From the NCBI GenBank assembly GCA_018714105.1, contig DVNW01000003.1, positions 18,265 to 82,264 of the forward strand: 64,000 bases of DNA. Reading direction: 5' to 3'. The DNA is from Candidatus Faecicola pullistercoris (GTDB taxonomy: Bacteria > Bacillota > Clostridia > Christensenellales > CAG-917). This document shows positions 9,060 to 18,850 of the stretch, one piece after another; positions within the stretch are counted from its first letter, which is position 1; every line of letters begins with the position of its first letter. Under the pieces are notes generated by a model. It worked only from the letters and a program-made list of their open reading frames with translations, made no database searches and had not been told where the DNA came from. The position numbers and the translations under genes are program-made.

Positions 9060-10322
9060 TTATATTTTACTATTTATGTCGGGAAAAGAGGGATTTTCGG
9101 ACGAAAGCCTTTTGAGCATTAATATAAAAGCAATCATTACCACGCAGACAGAAGAGGCTGCGAGCAAGCCGAGTTTTAAAGAGGCCTCCTCGGGTGAAGA
9201 GCCGAAGGCGGAAGGCAGAGCCGTGTCCGCCGTTTTATCCGATATAAGCCCGACTATTGCGGGGCCGAGGCTGCAACCGAGGTCTCCTCCGAGCGACAGA
9301 AGTCCGAACATCGGAGTGCCGCCTTCGGGAATAGTAGAGGAAGACAGGCTGAAACTTGCGGGCCAGAGTATCCCGGCAAAGAACCCGCACAGGGCACATC
9401 CTGTCAGCGAAAGTACGGGGATGGGCGAAAAGACGGTCAGCATATATGCGGCAAAGCACCCGCCGCTGCTGACGAGCAAGGCTGTTTTCAGGTTGAGCTT
9501 GTCGGCTTTAAGACCAAAAAGAACGCGGGCAAGGCCCATGCAGAAGGCAAAACAGCAAGGTCCCAGAAGGTCACCCGTGGTTTTGGATATTCTTAGGCCG
9601 AGTTCGGCAAACAGCGAGCTCCACTGGGAAACGGCCTGCTCGGCGGCTCCCGCACATATCATCATTACGAAAAGTATCCAGAAAGCGCGCTTTGCCAGAA
9701 GGCGCTTTACCGGAAGTTTCTTTTCCTCGTCCACGAGCTTTGCAAAAGGAACTTTGCAGAACATAAAAATATTAACCGCCGGTATAACGGCCCATAACAG
9801 CGGAAGCCATCGCCACAGTCCGAGACCCGCAACATTAAAATACAGGGTAGACAGCAGAACGACGGCGACGTGTCCCCAGCAGTAAAACGAATGAAGAACG
9901 CTCATAGTAGCGCTTTTCTTTTCGCGCGGAAGAGCCTCTACTATGGGGCTGATTATGACTTCGATGAGGCCGCCGCCCGTAGCCAGAACGACGGTTGCCG
10001 TCAAAATAGCGGCATACGGGGGAACGACTAAGGGAAGAAGACCCAAAAACGCCAGCCCGATTACCGAGAGCGCATGTGCAATTATGCCCGATGCCCTGTA
10101 ACCGATCCTGTCGACATATTTCGCGCCTATCAGATCTACGGCTATCTGTACGCCGAAGTTTACCGAAATTATCAGACTGATTTTTTCGAGCGAAATACCC
10201 AGATCCCGATTGAATACGACAAAAAGCAAGGGAGACAAATTGTTGATTATGGCCTGGGTGACGTATCCGACGTAGCAGGAATACAAAGTATGCGTATAGG
10301 TGAATCTGCCGAATTTTTTCAT
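9060..10322 (-). CDS. MFS transporter (sugar permease-like)
   Basis: About 12 hydrophobic segments; YVDRIGYR motif A; LHSFYCWG. Confidence 0.85.
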   Translation of the reverse strand: MKKFGRFTYTHTLYSCYVGYVTQAIINNLSPLLFVVFNRDLGISLEKISLIISVNFGVQIAVDLIGAKYVDRIGYRASGIIAHALSVIGLAFLGLLPLVVPPYAAILTATVVLATGGGLIEVIISPIVEALPREKKSATMSVLHSFYCWGHVAVVLLSTLYFNVAGLGLWRWLPLLWAVIPAVNIFMFCKVPFAKLVDEEKKLPVKRLLAKRAFWILFVMMICAGAAEQAVSQWSSLFAELGLRISKTTGDLLGPCCFAFCMGLARVLFGLKADKLNLKTALLVSSGGCFAAYMLTVFSPIPVLSLTGCALCGFFAGILWPASFSLSSSTIPEGGTPMFGLLSLGGDLGCSLGPAIVGLISDKTADTALPSAFGSSPEEASLKLGLLAASSVCVVMIAFILMLKRLSSENPSFPDINSKI

Positions 10323-10651
10323 GATAACAGTATAACAGAATCTTGCAAAAAAGTAAATTAAAATTCGTTAAAAAATAAGTTAATATAAATTTTTAATTTA
10401 TATTAAATTAATTCGAGTTCCGCAAAGAGGCAATTTTGACGTTTATCAGGTCGCGTATCAGCTGCAACAGATTGCCTACTGCTACAAGCTCGGCGGCATC
10501 GTCGGGCAGACATTCGGCTATACATGCGGCAATGGCGGACAGTTCGGCTGGCGACAGCGTTTTAAGATTCATACTCCATTATATTAAAAGGGAGCGAAAA
10601 ATGTAATAAAGTACAAAAAACAGGGTTAAACGGTTTATCGTCGAAAAACGA

Positions 10652-10680
10652 TTGACATAAGCTTACTATTTTATTATAAT
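10652..10680 (+). promoter_or_regulatory. sigmaA promoter of the rpmH operon
   Basis: TTGACA-N17-TATAAT, perfect consensus. Confidence 0.85.
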
Positions 10681-10749
10681 AATTTGGCAATATTAATATA
10701 TAATGAGGGAACGCCCGCGGTATGCGGGTAAACCCGAACGGAGGCAGAC

Positions 10750-10884
10750 ATGAAAAGGACTTACCAACCCAAAAAGAGACAGCGCAGCAAGGTTCACGGA
10801 TTCAGAAAAAGAATGCAGACCAAAGCCGGCAGAAACGTATTGGCAAGGCGTCGTCGTAAAGGCAGAAAACAGCTTTCGGCTTAA
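10750..10884 (+). CDS. rpmH: 50S ribosomal protein L34
   Basis: Hand translation [44 protein letters not shown]; GGAGG RBS; upstream of rnpA. Confidence 0.98.
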   Translation: MKRTYQPKKRQRSKVHGFRKRMQTKAGRNVLARRRRKGRKQLSA

Positions 10885-10942
10885 TCGGCCGACGACAGGG
10901 GGCAACTAATTTTAGTTGCCCTATAAATAATCGGGCAAAGAA

Positions 10943-11320
10943 ATGCAGAGCAGATACCGACTTAAAAGCAACGGTTCGTTCAATTACATATACCGCCGCG
11001 GCGAAAGCGTAAGCGGAAAGGGCATGGTCTTGATCCGGGCCAAAACCAGATTGCCTATGAAAGTGGGCTTTTCGGTAAGTAAGAAAGTCGGTAAAAGCGT
11101 AGTAAGAAACAAGGCGAAAAGGCGGCTTAAAGAGAGTTTCCGCAGTCTTATAGACCGCGTTGACGGCGGATACAATTACGTTGTCGTGGCCCGTAAGGCG
11201 ATAGCGGAGATGGATTTTCACGAAATCAAGGCCGAACTTACCCTTCTTCTGGATCGGAGCGGCGCGCTGAAACGCGCCGACGGAGATAAAAATGAAAAAA
11301 GCGGCGATACTGCCGATTAA
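10943..11320 (+). CDS. rnpA: Ribonuclease P protein component
   Basis: GFSVSKKVGKSVVRNKAKRRLKE (RNR motif); synteny. Confidence 0.95.
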   Translation: MQSRYRLKSNGSFNYIYRRGESVSGKGMVLIRAKTRLPMKVGFSVSKKVGKSVVRNKAKRRLKESFRSLIDRVDGGYNYVVVARKAIAEMDFHEIKAELTLLLDRSGALKRADGDKNEKSGDTAD

Positions 11321-11534
11321 ATTTTACAAGCGGTTTATTTCGTCCGCGACCGCAAACAGGTGCATATACGAACCCAGCTGTTCGATGTATGCGGCCGAGG
11401 CTATCCGTAAATTCGGGGCTTTACGCGGTATTATTATGGGTGCGGGAAGGATTCTTCGCTGCACGCCCTTTCACGCCGGGGGGAGAGACCCCGTCCCGGA
11501 GAATTACAGAGGGAGAGCAAAATGGTTGATATAA
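11292..11534 (+). CDS. yidD: Membrane protein insertion efficiency factor YidD
   Basis: CIYEPSCSMYA...RILRCTPFHAGGRDPVP; synteny. Confidence 0.93.
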   Translation: MKKAAILPIKFYKRFISSATANRCIYEPSCSMYAAEAIRKFGALRGIIMGAGRILRCTPFHAGGRDPVPENYRGRAKWLI

Positions 11535-12559
11535 GTAGCGTTATGTTGAGCGGCGTTTCCGACGTGGTGGCCAAGTTTATCGAATGGATTTACAACGGCG
11601 TCGGCAATTATGCCGTGGCGGTAATACTGTTTACCCTGATATTGAAAGTCGCGCTGTCGCCTCTCGACGTTTGGCAGAAGATAGCGCTTCGTAAAAACAA
11701 CAAGGCGATGGAACGCCTTAAACCCAAACTCGAAAAACTGCAAAAGCAGTGCGGCGGAAACAAAGAGCTTTACGCGCAAAAACAGATGCAGCTTTATAAA
11801 GAGGAAGGATATTCCATGTTCGGCAGCTGCATACCGATGATAGTTACGCTGGTGCTGTTTTTCGTTATATTCGCGGGGTTCAGGGCCGAGGTTAAAAACG
11901 TCAACGTGGAAATGTATTCCGAAATGAGAGAGGCTTATTACTCCACTTACGACGCTACGGGCGGCGACGTGGACGCTTCCAAACAGGCGGTTATAGAGAG
12001 GTTCGAAAAGGATTACGCTTCGAGAATAAGTTTCTTGTGGGTAAACAACATATTCATGCCCGACGGCTGGCAGGACGCCATCCCCGCGTACGATAAGTTC
12101 GTAAGCTCGGGCATCGGCGGCGTAGGCGCGACGGATCCGTATAAGGACCAGGCGTCCATAACGGGCGACAGATACGAAAACGCGGGCGAAACCGGCTATA
12201 ACGAAGTCATGCTGGCGTTGCAGGAAAAATACAATAACCGCTGGAACGGGTTCCTGATATTGCCCCTTCTTGTAGTGGCACTGTCCGTAGTAAGCAGTAA
12301 GCTCAACAAGCCCATGCAGGCTCCTACCGCGGGCGGTAACGAGCAGACCGAGGCCGCAATGAAGGCAAATATGAAGGTAATGCAGTATATGATGCCCGTT
12401 ATGATGGGCGTGTTCGCTCTGTTTTACAGCGCGGCGTTTACGCTTTACATGTTCATAAGTTCGTTGTTTACCACGGTGTTCCAGCTGGTTTACAACCTTG
12501 TGGCCAAGCGGAAGGATAAAAAAGAGGAAGAGCAAAGGTTAATTAATACCTATAAATAA
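11522..12559 (+). CDS. yidC: YidC/Oxa1/SpoIIIJ membrane protein insertase
   Basis: TM segments, coiled region PKLEKLQK...QMQLYKEEG, GSCIPM, LYMFISSLF; synteny. Confidence 0.92.
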   Translation: MVDISSVMLSGVSDVVAKFIEWIYNGVGNYAVAVILFTLILKVALSPLDVWQKIALRKNNKAMERLKPKLEKLQKQCGGNKELYAQKQMQLYKEEGYSMFGSCIPMIVTLVLFFVIFAGFRAEVKNVNVEMYSEMREAYYSTYDATGGDVDASKQAVIERFEKDYASRISFLWVNNIFMPDGWQDAIPAYDKFVSSGIGGVGATDPYKDQASITGDRYENAGETGYNEVMLALQEKYNNRWNGFLILPLLVVALSVVSSKLNKPMQAPTAGGNEQTEAAMKANMKVMQYMMPVMMGVFALFYSAAFTLYMFISSLFTTVFQLVYNLVAKRKDKKEEEQRLINTYK

Positions 12560-12569
12560 GGAGACAGTA

Positions 12570-13262
12570 ATGAGAAGTATCGAAATCAAGGCGTCCAGCG
12601 TGGAAAAGGCGACCGAAGAGGGATTGAGTCAGTTGGGGATAAGCAAAGAAAATGCCGAAGTGGAAGTAGTAAGCGAAGGCGGATTGTTCAGCAAAGCGGT
12701 TGTAAGAATCAGCGAGAAGGAAAGGCCCGGGGACAGGGCGAGAGAGTTTCTCAAAACGTTATTTGAAAAAATGAGGCTTAACTGCGAAGTCGGCTGCGAA
12801 AGCGAAGACGGAGTGATAAAGGTATCCATAACGGGGCCCGACAGCGGCATAGCGATAGGATACCGCGGCGAAGTGCTGGACGCTATACAGTATCTGACGC
12901 TGCTGATTGCCAACGAGGGCGAGGACAAGTTCGAAAAGGTTGTGATAAACGCCGAAAACTATCGCGAAAAGCGCGAAAAGACTCTGGAAGGACTTGCCAA
13001 AAAACTTGCTTACAAGGCGGGTAAGAGCGGTAAGCCCATAGAACTGGAGCCGATGAATCCCTTTGAAAGAAGGATTATTCACACGGCCCTGCAGGATAAC
13101 CCTTACGTAACCACTTCTTCCGAAGGCGTCGAGCCGCGCAGGCATATCGTTATCACGCCCAAGGAGAGGGCGGGTAAGGACGCGCCCGTAAAAGATTTCT
13201 CGGTAAAGAGAAACGGGCCGCCCAAGGTTAAGAGCTTCGGATACAAAAAGAGAAGATTTTAA
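12570..13262 (+). CDS. jag: Jag/EloR (KhpB) RNA-binding protein
   Basis: Jag_N, KH (IGYRGEVLDAIQYL) and R3H (PMNPFERRIIH) domains. Confidence 0.93.
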   Translation: MRSIEIKASSVEKATEEGLSQLGISKENAEVEVVSEGGLFSKAVVRISEKERPGDRAREFLKTLFEKMRLNCEVGCESEDGVIKVSITGPDSGIAIGYRGEVLDAIQYLTLLIANEGEDKFEKVVINAENYREKREKTLEGLAKKLAYKAGKSGKPIELEPMNPFERRIIHTALQDNPYVTTSSEGVEPRRHIVITPKERAGKDAPVKDFSVKRNGPPKVKSFGYKKRRF

Positions 13263-13309
13263 TGATAATGCGCCCACGTCAAGGTGGGCGTAATTATTTG
13301 AGAGGTATT

Positions 13310-14647
13310 ATGGTAATAGCGGCGATATCCACGGCCGTACAGACGGGCGGAATTGCGGTAATAAGATTGAGCGGAGAGCAAAGCCTCGACATCGCGGCAC
13401 GTCTTTTCACGGCCAAAAAGCTTAAAGACGGCTTTAAACCCGACCCCGGATACATGTATCTGGGAACGATTGACGCGGGCGGCTTTTGCGATAAATGCTA
13501 TATGGTTTATTTCAGAGGTCCCGCGAGCTTTACGGGTGAAGACGTGGTAGAGTTTCATCTGCACGGCGGAGTAAGGCTTGCTCAGGGCGTGCTGGACGCG
13601 TGTTGCGCGGCAGGCGCACGCCCGGCGGAGCGCGGCGAATTTACCAAAAGGGCTTTTTTAAACGGTAAACTCGCGCTTGCCGACGCAGAGGGCGTAATAG
13701 ATATGATTAACGCCGACAGCCGGGCCGCATTGAGCGCGGCTTACAGGCTTATGGAAGGCGAGCTGTCGGCAAAAGTGCGTATAATTCAGGACCTTCTGTT
13801 CGATACCGTTACGGGGCTTGAAGCCACGCTGGACTATCCCGACGAGATGGAAGACGAGCAGCTTCCCTCGGCTTACGGGCGCATACTGCAGGCGCTGGAA
13901 ATGCTGGAACCGCTTATTAAAGGGCAGAGCTACGGCCAAATGGCCAAATACGGCATCAACGCAGTGCTTACCGGCAGGACAAACGTGGGCAAATCCTCGC
14001 TTATGAACAAAATGCTGGGAAGTCAGCGCGCCATAGTAACGGAAAAGGCGGGTACGACCAGAGACGTTATAACCGAAAGCCTCGAACACAACGGCGTAAA
14101 AATCAACCTCGCCGATACCGCCGGCATAAGAGAGAGCGCGGACGAAATTGAACAAGAAGGCGTTAAGCGTGCTAAAAACGCATTGTCAAGTGCCGATTTG
14201 GTAATTTTCGTACAGGCCGCAGACGATATGGGCGACAGCCCCGTCGAGCAATGCGCGGGTAAAAGAATAATTAAGGTAATAAACAAAACCGACCTCGTTA
14301 AAGGCATAAAGCCCGGCCGCAAAGAGAAAGAAGAAGGTTTCGACGCCGTGTTCGGCGTATCCGCGCTTACGGGAGAAGGGGTAGAGGAAGTGCTCGACTA
14401 CGTTGCGGGACTGTTCACGCAAGGCGAGGGATCGGGCGAAATCGTTACGAACGTCAGACACGCCGACGCCATAAGAAAGGCGTATGAGAGGCTGAAAGAG
14501 GCGCGGGACGGATTTGCTTCGGCACCGACGGATTGTGTGTTGGTTGACGTCAGGGCGGCGTGGACTTGTCTGGGAGAAATCACGGGAAACACGGCGAGCG
14601 AGGACATTGTGAACGCGATATTCCAAAGATTTTGCGTAGGGAAATAA
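13310..14647 (+). CDS. mnmE: tRNA modification GTPase MnmE (TrmE)
   Basis: IAAIST, IRLSG, SFTGED, GEFTKRAFLNGK, GRTNVGKSS, GTTRD, FCVGK; start moved to ATG 13310 after GAGGT RBS. Confidence 0.96.
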   Translation: MVIAAISTAVQTGGIAVIRLSGEQSLDIAARLFTAKKLKDGFKPDPGYMYLGTIDAGGFCDKCYMVYFRGPASFTGEDVVEFHLHGGVRLAQGVLDACCAAGARPAERGEFTKRAFLNGKLALADAEGVIDMINADSRAALSAAYRLMEGELSAKVRIIQDLLFDTVTGLEATLDYPDEMEDEQLPSAYGRILQALEMLEPLIKGQSYGQMAKYGINAVLTGRTNVGKSSLMNKMLGSQRAIVTEKAGTTRDVITESLEHNGVKINLADTAGIRESADEIEQEGVKRAKNALSSADLVIFVQAADDMGDSPVEQCAGKRIIKVINKTDLVKGIKPGRKEKEEGFDAVFGVSALTGEGVEEVLDYVAGLFTQGEGSGEIVTNVRHADAIRKAYERLKEARDGFASAPTDCVLVDVRAAWTCLGEITGNTASEDIVNAIFQRFCVGK

Positions 14648-14650
14648 CTT

Positions 14651-16576
14651 ATGGAAAAGGTTTTTGACGCCATAGTGATAGGGGCGGGACACGCAGGCAT
14701 AGAAAGCGGACTCGCGCTGGCAAGAAAAGGACACAGAACGCTTTTGCTTACCCTCAATCTCGAAGGGGTAGGGTTTATGGCGTGCAATCCCGCAATCGGA
14801 GGCACGGCCAAAGGTCACCTCGTAAGGGAAATAGACGCGCTCGGCGGACAGATGGCGGTTACGGCGGACAGAACGCTGTTGCAGCTTAGAATGCTCAACT
14901 CGGGAAAAGGTCCCGCCGTTCACAGTCTGAGAGGGCAGTCCGACAAGGCCGTTTATCATCGGGAGATGAAAAAGGTTCTCGAAAGTCAGAAAAATCTTTG
15001 CCTTACCGAAGGCGAGGTTACGGAGCTTATCACCGAAGGCGGCAAGGTTAAAGGTGTGGTAACCTCGATGGGCATCAGATATTACGCACCCGCCGTGGTT
15101 ATTGCCAGCGGAGTTTATCTCGACAGCCGCATCATTATCGGCGATTATTCGGCCAAATCGGGGCCGGCGGGATTCCCGTATGCAAAAAATCTTACCGGAA
15201 GCCTTCTGGACGCAGGGCTTGAAATCCGCAGGTTCAAAACGGGGACTCCGGCAAGAATAGACGGCCGCACGATAGATTATTCCGTCATGGAAATTCAGGA
15301 AGGCGACACGACAATCGACAAATTCAGCTTTCTGAGCAAGGGAAAACTGCTGAAACAGACGCCGTGTTATCTTACGTATACCAACGAGCGCACGCACGAG
15401 ATTATACGTAAGAATCTTCACCGTGCGCCTCTTTACAACGGCGGTATAAACGGAGTGGGGCCGAGATACTGTCCTTCGATAGAGGATAAGGTCATGCGCT
15501 TTGCCGACAAGGAAAGACATCAGCTTTTCGTAGAGCCCGAAGGCGCGCATACCAACGAAAAATACATACAGGGCATGAGCTCGTCCCTGCCTTACGACGT
15601 GCAGATAGAAATGTATCGTACGGTAAAAGGGCTGGAACACTGCCGGTTCATGCGGTTCGCTTACGCAATAGAATACGACTGCATCAATCCTCTGCAGCTG
15701 CTTCCCACCTACAAGGTAAAACACATAGAGGGCCTTTATACGGCGGGACAGATAAACGGAAGCAGCGGTTACGAGGAGGCGGCGGCGCAAGGGCTTATCG
15801 CAGGCATAAACGCCGCGCTGTATCTTGAAGGAAAGGAGCCCTATATCCTGACAAGGGATCGGGCGTATATAGGCGTGCTTACGGACGATCTCGTTACAAA
15901 GGGCACCAACGAACCTTATCGCATGATGACGGCGCGCGCGGAACACAGGCTGTATCTCAGACAGGACAACGCCGACCTGCGCCTTACCGAGGACGGGTAC
16001 AGGCTCGGACTGGCGAGCGAGAAAAGATATAAAAACATGCTCTCGAAAAGGGAAGAAGTAAATAAAGTAATAGCCGTTGCCGCGGCCAGAAGGTTTACCT
16101 CTGCGGACAGCATATATCGGGATAAAGGGATAGAAGCGCCCGCCAACGGCAAAAGCATGGCCGAGCTTTTGAAACGCACGGATTTCTGCATAAAGGATTT
16201 CTTGCCATACGTGGCCGAGCTGCGCGACGCGGGCGAAAGGGCGCTTAATACCGCCGAGGTGGAAATAAAGTACGAAGGGTATCTTAAAAAAGCAGAAACG
16301 GCAATTAAAGAGCAAAAACGAATGGAAGAAACCCCGTTATCGGCAGATATCGACTATCTCGGAATAAACGGACTGCGCCTTGAAGCGCGTCAGAAACTGC
16401 AAAAAATAAAGCCGCTTACTCTGGCGCAGGCGGCAAGAATATCGGGCGTTTCGCCCGCGGACGTGTCCGTGCTTATTGTCTGGCTTCAACGGGAAAAGGA
16501 CAGGTCAGTCGGAAAGTCCGCAAAGGAAATCGAGCGAAACTTCGAAATACCCGGCAATGGCAACGAGAGAGCTTAA
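14651..16576 (+). CDS. mnmG: tRNA uridine-5-carboxymethylaminomethyl modification enzyme MnmG (GidA)
   Basis: GAGHAG, CNPAIGG, GPRYCPSIEDK, AGQINGSSGYEEAAAQG, ISGVSPAD. Confidence 0.97.
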   Translation: MEKVFDAIVIGAGHAGIESGLALARKGHRTLLLTLNLEGVGFMACNPAIGGTAKGHLVREIDALGGQMAVTADRTLLQLRMLNSGKGPAVHSLRGQSDKAVYHREMKKVLESQKNLCLTEGEVTELITEGGKVKGVVTSMGIRYYAPAVVIASGVYLDSRIIIGDYSAKSGPAGFPYAKNLTGSLLDAGLEIRRFKTGTPARIDGRTIDYSVMEIQEGDTTIDKFSFLSKGKLLKQTPCYLTYTNERTHEIIRKNLHRAPLYNGGINGVGPRYCPSIEDKVMRFADKERHQLFVEPEGAHTNEKYIQGMSSSLPYDVQIEMYRTVKGLEHCRFMRFAYAIEYDCINPLQLLPTYKVKHIEGLYTAGQINGSSGYEEAAAQGLIAGINAALYLEGKEPYILTRDRAYIGVLTDDLVTKGTNEPYRMMTARAEHRLYLRQDNADLRLTEDGYRLGLASEKRYKNMLSKREEVNKVIAVAAARRFTSADSIYRDKGIEAPANGKSMAELLKRTDFCIKDFLPYVAELRDAGERALNTAEVEIKYEGYLKKAETAIKEQKRMEETPLSADIDYLGINGLRLEARQKLQKIKPLTLAQAARISGVSPADVSVLIVWLQREKDRSVGKSAKEIERNFEIPGNGNERA

Positions 16577-16711
16577 AGTAGGCTCTCTTTTCGCGTTTTC
16601 CCACAGGCTGATAACGCCTTTGCTTACGCCCAGACTGCGGGCGAGTTCTACCTGCCCTACACCCCTTTCCAGACGAAGCTCTTTTAATCTTTCGGCAAAA
16701 ACGGTATTCAT
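16505..16711 (-). CDS. XRE-family helix-turn-helix regulator
   Basis: FAERLKELR...QVELARSLGVSKGVISLWENAKREP...YFEVSLDFL. Confidence 0.88.
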   Translation of the reverse strand: MNTVFAERLKELRLERGVGQVELARSLGVSKGVISLWENAKREPTLSSLVAIAGYFEVSLDFLCGLSD

Positions 16712-16720
16712 AATACAATA

Positions 16721-16773
16721 TTCTCACTTTTGTAAGAAATTATCTTGACTTCTTACTATTGTAAGAATATAAT
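16721..16773 (+). promoter_or_regulatory. sigmaA promoter with two inverted-repeat operators
   Basis: TTGACT(16745)-N17-TATAAT(16768); TTCTCAC-N4-GTAAGAA at 16721-16738 and TTCTTAC-N4-GTAAGAA at 16750-16767. Confidence 0.7.
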
Positions 16774-16834
16774 ATTAATATCAACGTAAAGGTATAATAT
16801 TATACTGACCATAAAACAAGGAGATACTTTCGTC

Positions 16835-17605
16835 ATGAAAGCCATCGAGGTAAAAAATTTAAAAAAGACTTTTACGCTGTCGGCCAAACAGCGCGCGGCC
16901 AAAAAGACCAAGGAAAAACTGCTTGTGGCCGTGGACGGGCTGAGTTTCGAAGCCGAAAAAGGCGAGATTTACGGGCTGCTGGGGCCTAACGGCGCGGGCA
17001 AGACAACTACTCTGCGCATGATTTCCACCTTGATAAAGCCCGACGAAGGGGATATTTTCATAGAAGGCGTCGACCTTAAAAAGAGCCCCGACGAATGCAG
17101 AAAAAAACTGGGCTTTCTCACGAGCGATTTAAAGCCGGACGAACAGTTTACGCCCGACTATCTGTTCGGGTTTTTAAGCGCGCTGCACGGCGTGCCCGGG
17201 GAAACGGCGGCTAAACGCAAAAAAGAGCTTTTCGAAAGATTCGGCATAGACAAGTTCGCCCAAACGAAAATAGCAAACCTCTCCACCGGCATGAAACAGA
17301 AAGTAAGCATCGCCATTTCTCTTGCCCACGACCCCGAAATCATTATCTTCGACGAGCCTACTAACGGCCTTGACGTACTTACCGCCAAAACGGTTACGGA
17401 TTTTCTGACCGAACTTAAAGAGCAGGGGAAGTGCATACTTCTTTCCACACATATTTTCTCGCTGGTAGAAAAGATTTGCGACAGGGTAGGCATTATTATC
17501 AACGGCCGAATGGTTGCCGACGGCAGCCTGAAAGAGCTGACGGCCGAAAAGAATATAGAGGACCTGTTCTTCGATATTTATAAAAGAGAGGTGGGCGAAG
17601 AATGA
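16835..17605 (+). CDS. ABC transporter ATP-binding protein (NatA-like)
   Basis: GPNGAGKTT, LSTGMKQK signature, IIFDEPTNGLD. Confidence 0.9.
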   Translation: MKAIEVKNLKKTFTLSAKQRAAKKTKEKLLVAVDGLSFEAEKGEIYGLLGPNGAGKTTTLRMISTLIKPDEGDIFIEGVDLKKSPDECRKKLGFLTSDLKPDEQFTPDYLFGFLSALHGVPGETAAKRKKELFERFGIDKFAQTKIANLSTGMKQKVSIAISLAHDPEIIIFDEPTNGLDVLTAKTVTDFLTELKEQGKCILLSTHIFSLVEKICDRVGIIINGRMVADGSLKELTAEKNIEDLFFDIYKREVGEE

Positions 17606-18789
17606 AAAATATCTGGACCGTACTTAAAAAAGAAGTTAAAAGATTTTTCAGCGACAAAAGGACGGCTTTCGCAAGCATAGTTCTGCCCGGCCTTCTGATT
17701 TACTTTATTTACAGCCTTATGGGCAGCGCGATAGAGGATCTTTTCGCGCCCGAGGAGGGATATCAGCCCGCGGTGTACGCCGTGAACATGCCTGACGGTA
17801 TGGAAGACGTCTTCAAAAATATGGGTATTGACGCAAAGTATACCCTTATAACGGCATCCGAAGCAGACGCGAAGAAACAGGAAATAAGCGGCGGGGAAGC
17901 GGACATATTGCTGGTGTTCCCCGAGGACTTTATGCGGAAAATAGAGGAGTACGACCCCGAAAGCGGGCTTGCCGCGCCTCAGGTGGAGATATACTTCAAT
18001 TCGGCCGAGACGGAATCGCAAAATGCCTATATCCTTTTTGAAAGCGCGCTCAACGCGTTCGAAAGCAGCTTATCCAACCGCTTCGACATAAACGCCGGCG
18101 GCGGAATATACGACCTCGCCACCAAAGAGGATATAGCGGGTAAGATGTTCTCCATGATGCTGCCGTTCCTTATTATTATATTCCTGGTAAGCTCCAGCAT
18201 GGCTTTTGCCATGGAGAGCGTCGCGGGCGAAAAGGAAAGAGGCACCATAGGCACCATACTCATCACCCCCATAAAGAGATGGGAACTCGCCGTAGGCAAG
18301 ATACTGGGTACGGGATGTCTGTCGTTACTGTCGGCACTGTCGAGCTTTTTGGGAATAGTGCTCTCTCTCCCCAAACTGATGGGAACCGAAAGCTCGGGCG
18401 TCGAAATGAACGTATACGGTGCGCAGCACTATCTGCTGATTCTTCTTATAATGCTGGTCAGCGTGCTTATTATCGTGGCGGGAATGATGCTGCTGTCCGC
18501 TTTCGCGAAGAACATGAAGGAAGCGAATATGTATACCATGCCGTTTATGATAATATGTATGGTAATAGGCCTTAGCGGCATGCTTTTGTCGGGCAAAAAC
18601 CTGCCTCTCGGAATATACTTTATTCCGCTGTTCAACAGCATACAGGCGATGTCGGCCATACTTTCCTTTAATATAAACGGCGCGGCCATAGCCATAACGA
18701 TAGTGTCCGATATAGTTTATTTCGGCGTTATGATATGGCTGCTTACCGTAATGTTCAACAACGAAAAGATTATGTTCAAAAAAGACTGA
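17602..18789 (+). CDS. ABC-2 type permease (NatB-like)
   Basis: N-terminal TM, extracellular domain, AGEKERGT motif, several C-terminal TMs; overlaps the ATPase stop. Confidence 0.85.
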   Translation: MKNIWTVLKKEVKRFFSDKRTAFASIVLPGLLIYFIYSLMGSAIEDLFAPEEGYQPAVYAVNMPDGMEDVFKNMGIDAKYTLITASEADAKKQEISGGEADILLVFPEDFMRKIEEYDPESGLAAPQVEIYFNSAETESQNAYILFESALNAFESSLSNRFDINAGGGIYDLATKEDIAGKMFSMMLPFLIIIFLVSSSMAFAMESVAGEKERGTIGTILITPIKRWELAVGKILGTGCLSLLSALSSFLGIVLSLPKLMGTESSGVEMNVYGAQHYLLILLIMLVSVLIIVAGMMLLSAFAKNMKEANMYTMPFMIICMVIGLSGMLLSGKNLPLGIYFIPLFNSIQAMSAILSFNINGAAIAITIVSDIVYFGVMIWLLTVMFNNEKIMFKKD

Positions 18790-18805
18790 ACGGCATTTAA
18801 ACAAT

Positions 18806-18836
18806 AAAAAAGCGACGCGTTAAGCGTCGCTTTTAG
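18806..18836. terminator. Bidirectional terminator between the ABC permease and ftsH
   Basis: AAAAGCGACGC-gttaa-GCGTCGCTTTT. Confidence 0.75.
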
Positions 18837-18850
18837 TTTTTAATTTAAAA

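Noticed and set aside
6136-9115. Many 60-120 aa ORFs in the origin-like tract
   Set aside because: No RBS, no recognisable motifs, mutually overlapping; only the hand-found 6943-7095 ORF looks real
10430-10560. Short imperfect direct repeats (GGCAGACATTCGGCT / GGCGGACAGTTCGGCT) upstream of rpmH
   Set aside because: Only two degenerate copies; not CRISPR-like and no identifiable RNA structure
14186-16315. 709-aa minus-strand ORF
   Set aside because: Antisense shadow of mnmE/mnmG with no motifs; a product of codon bias
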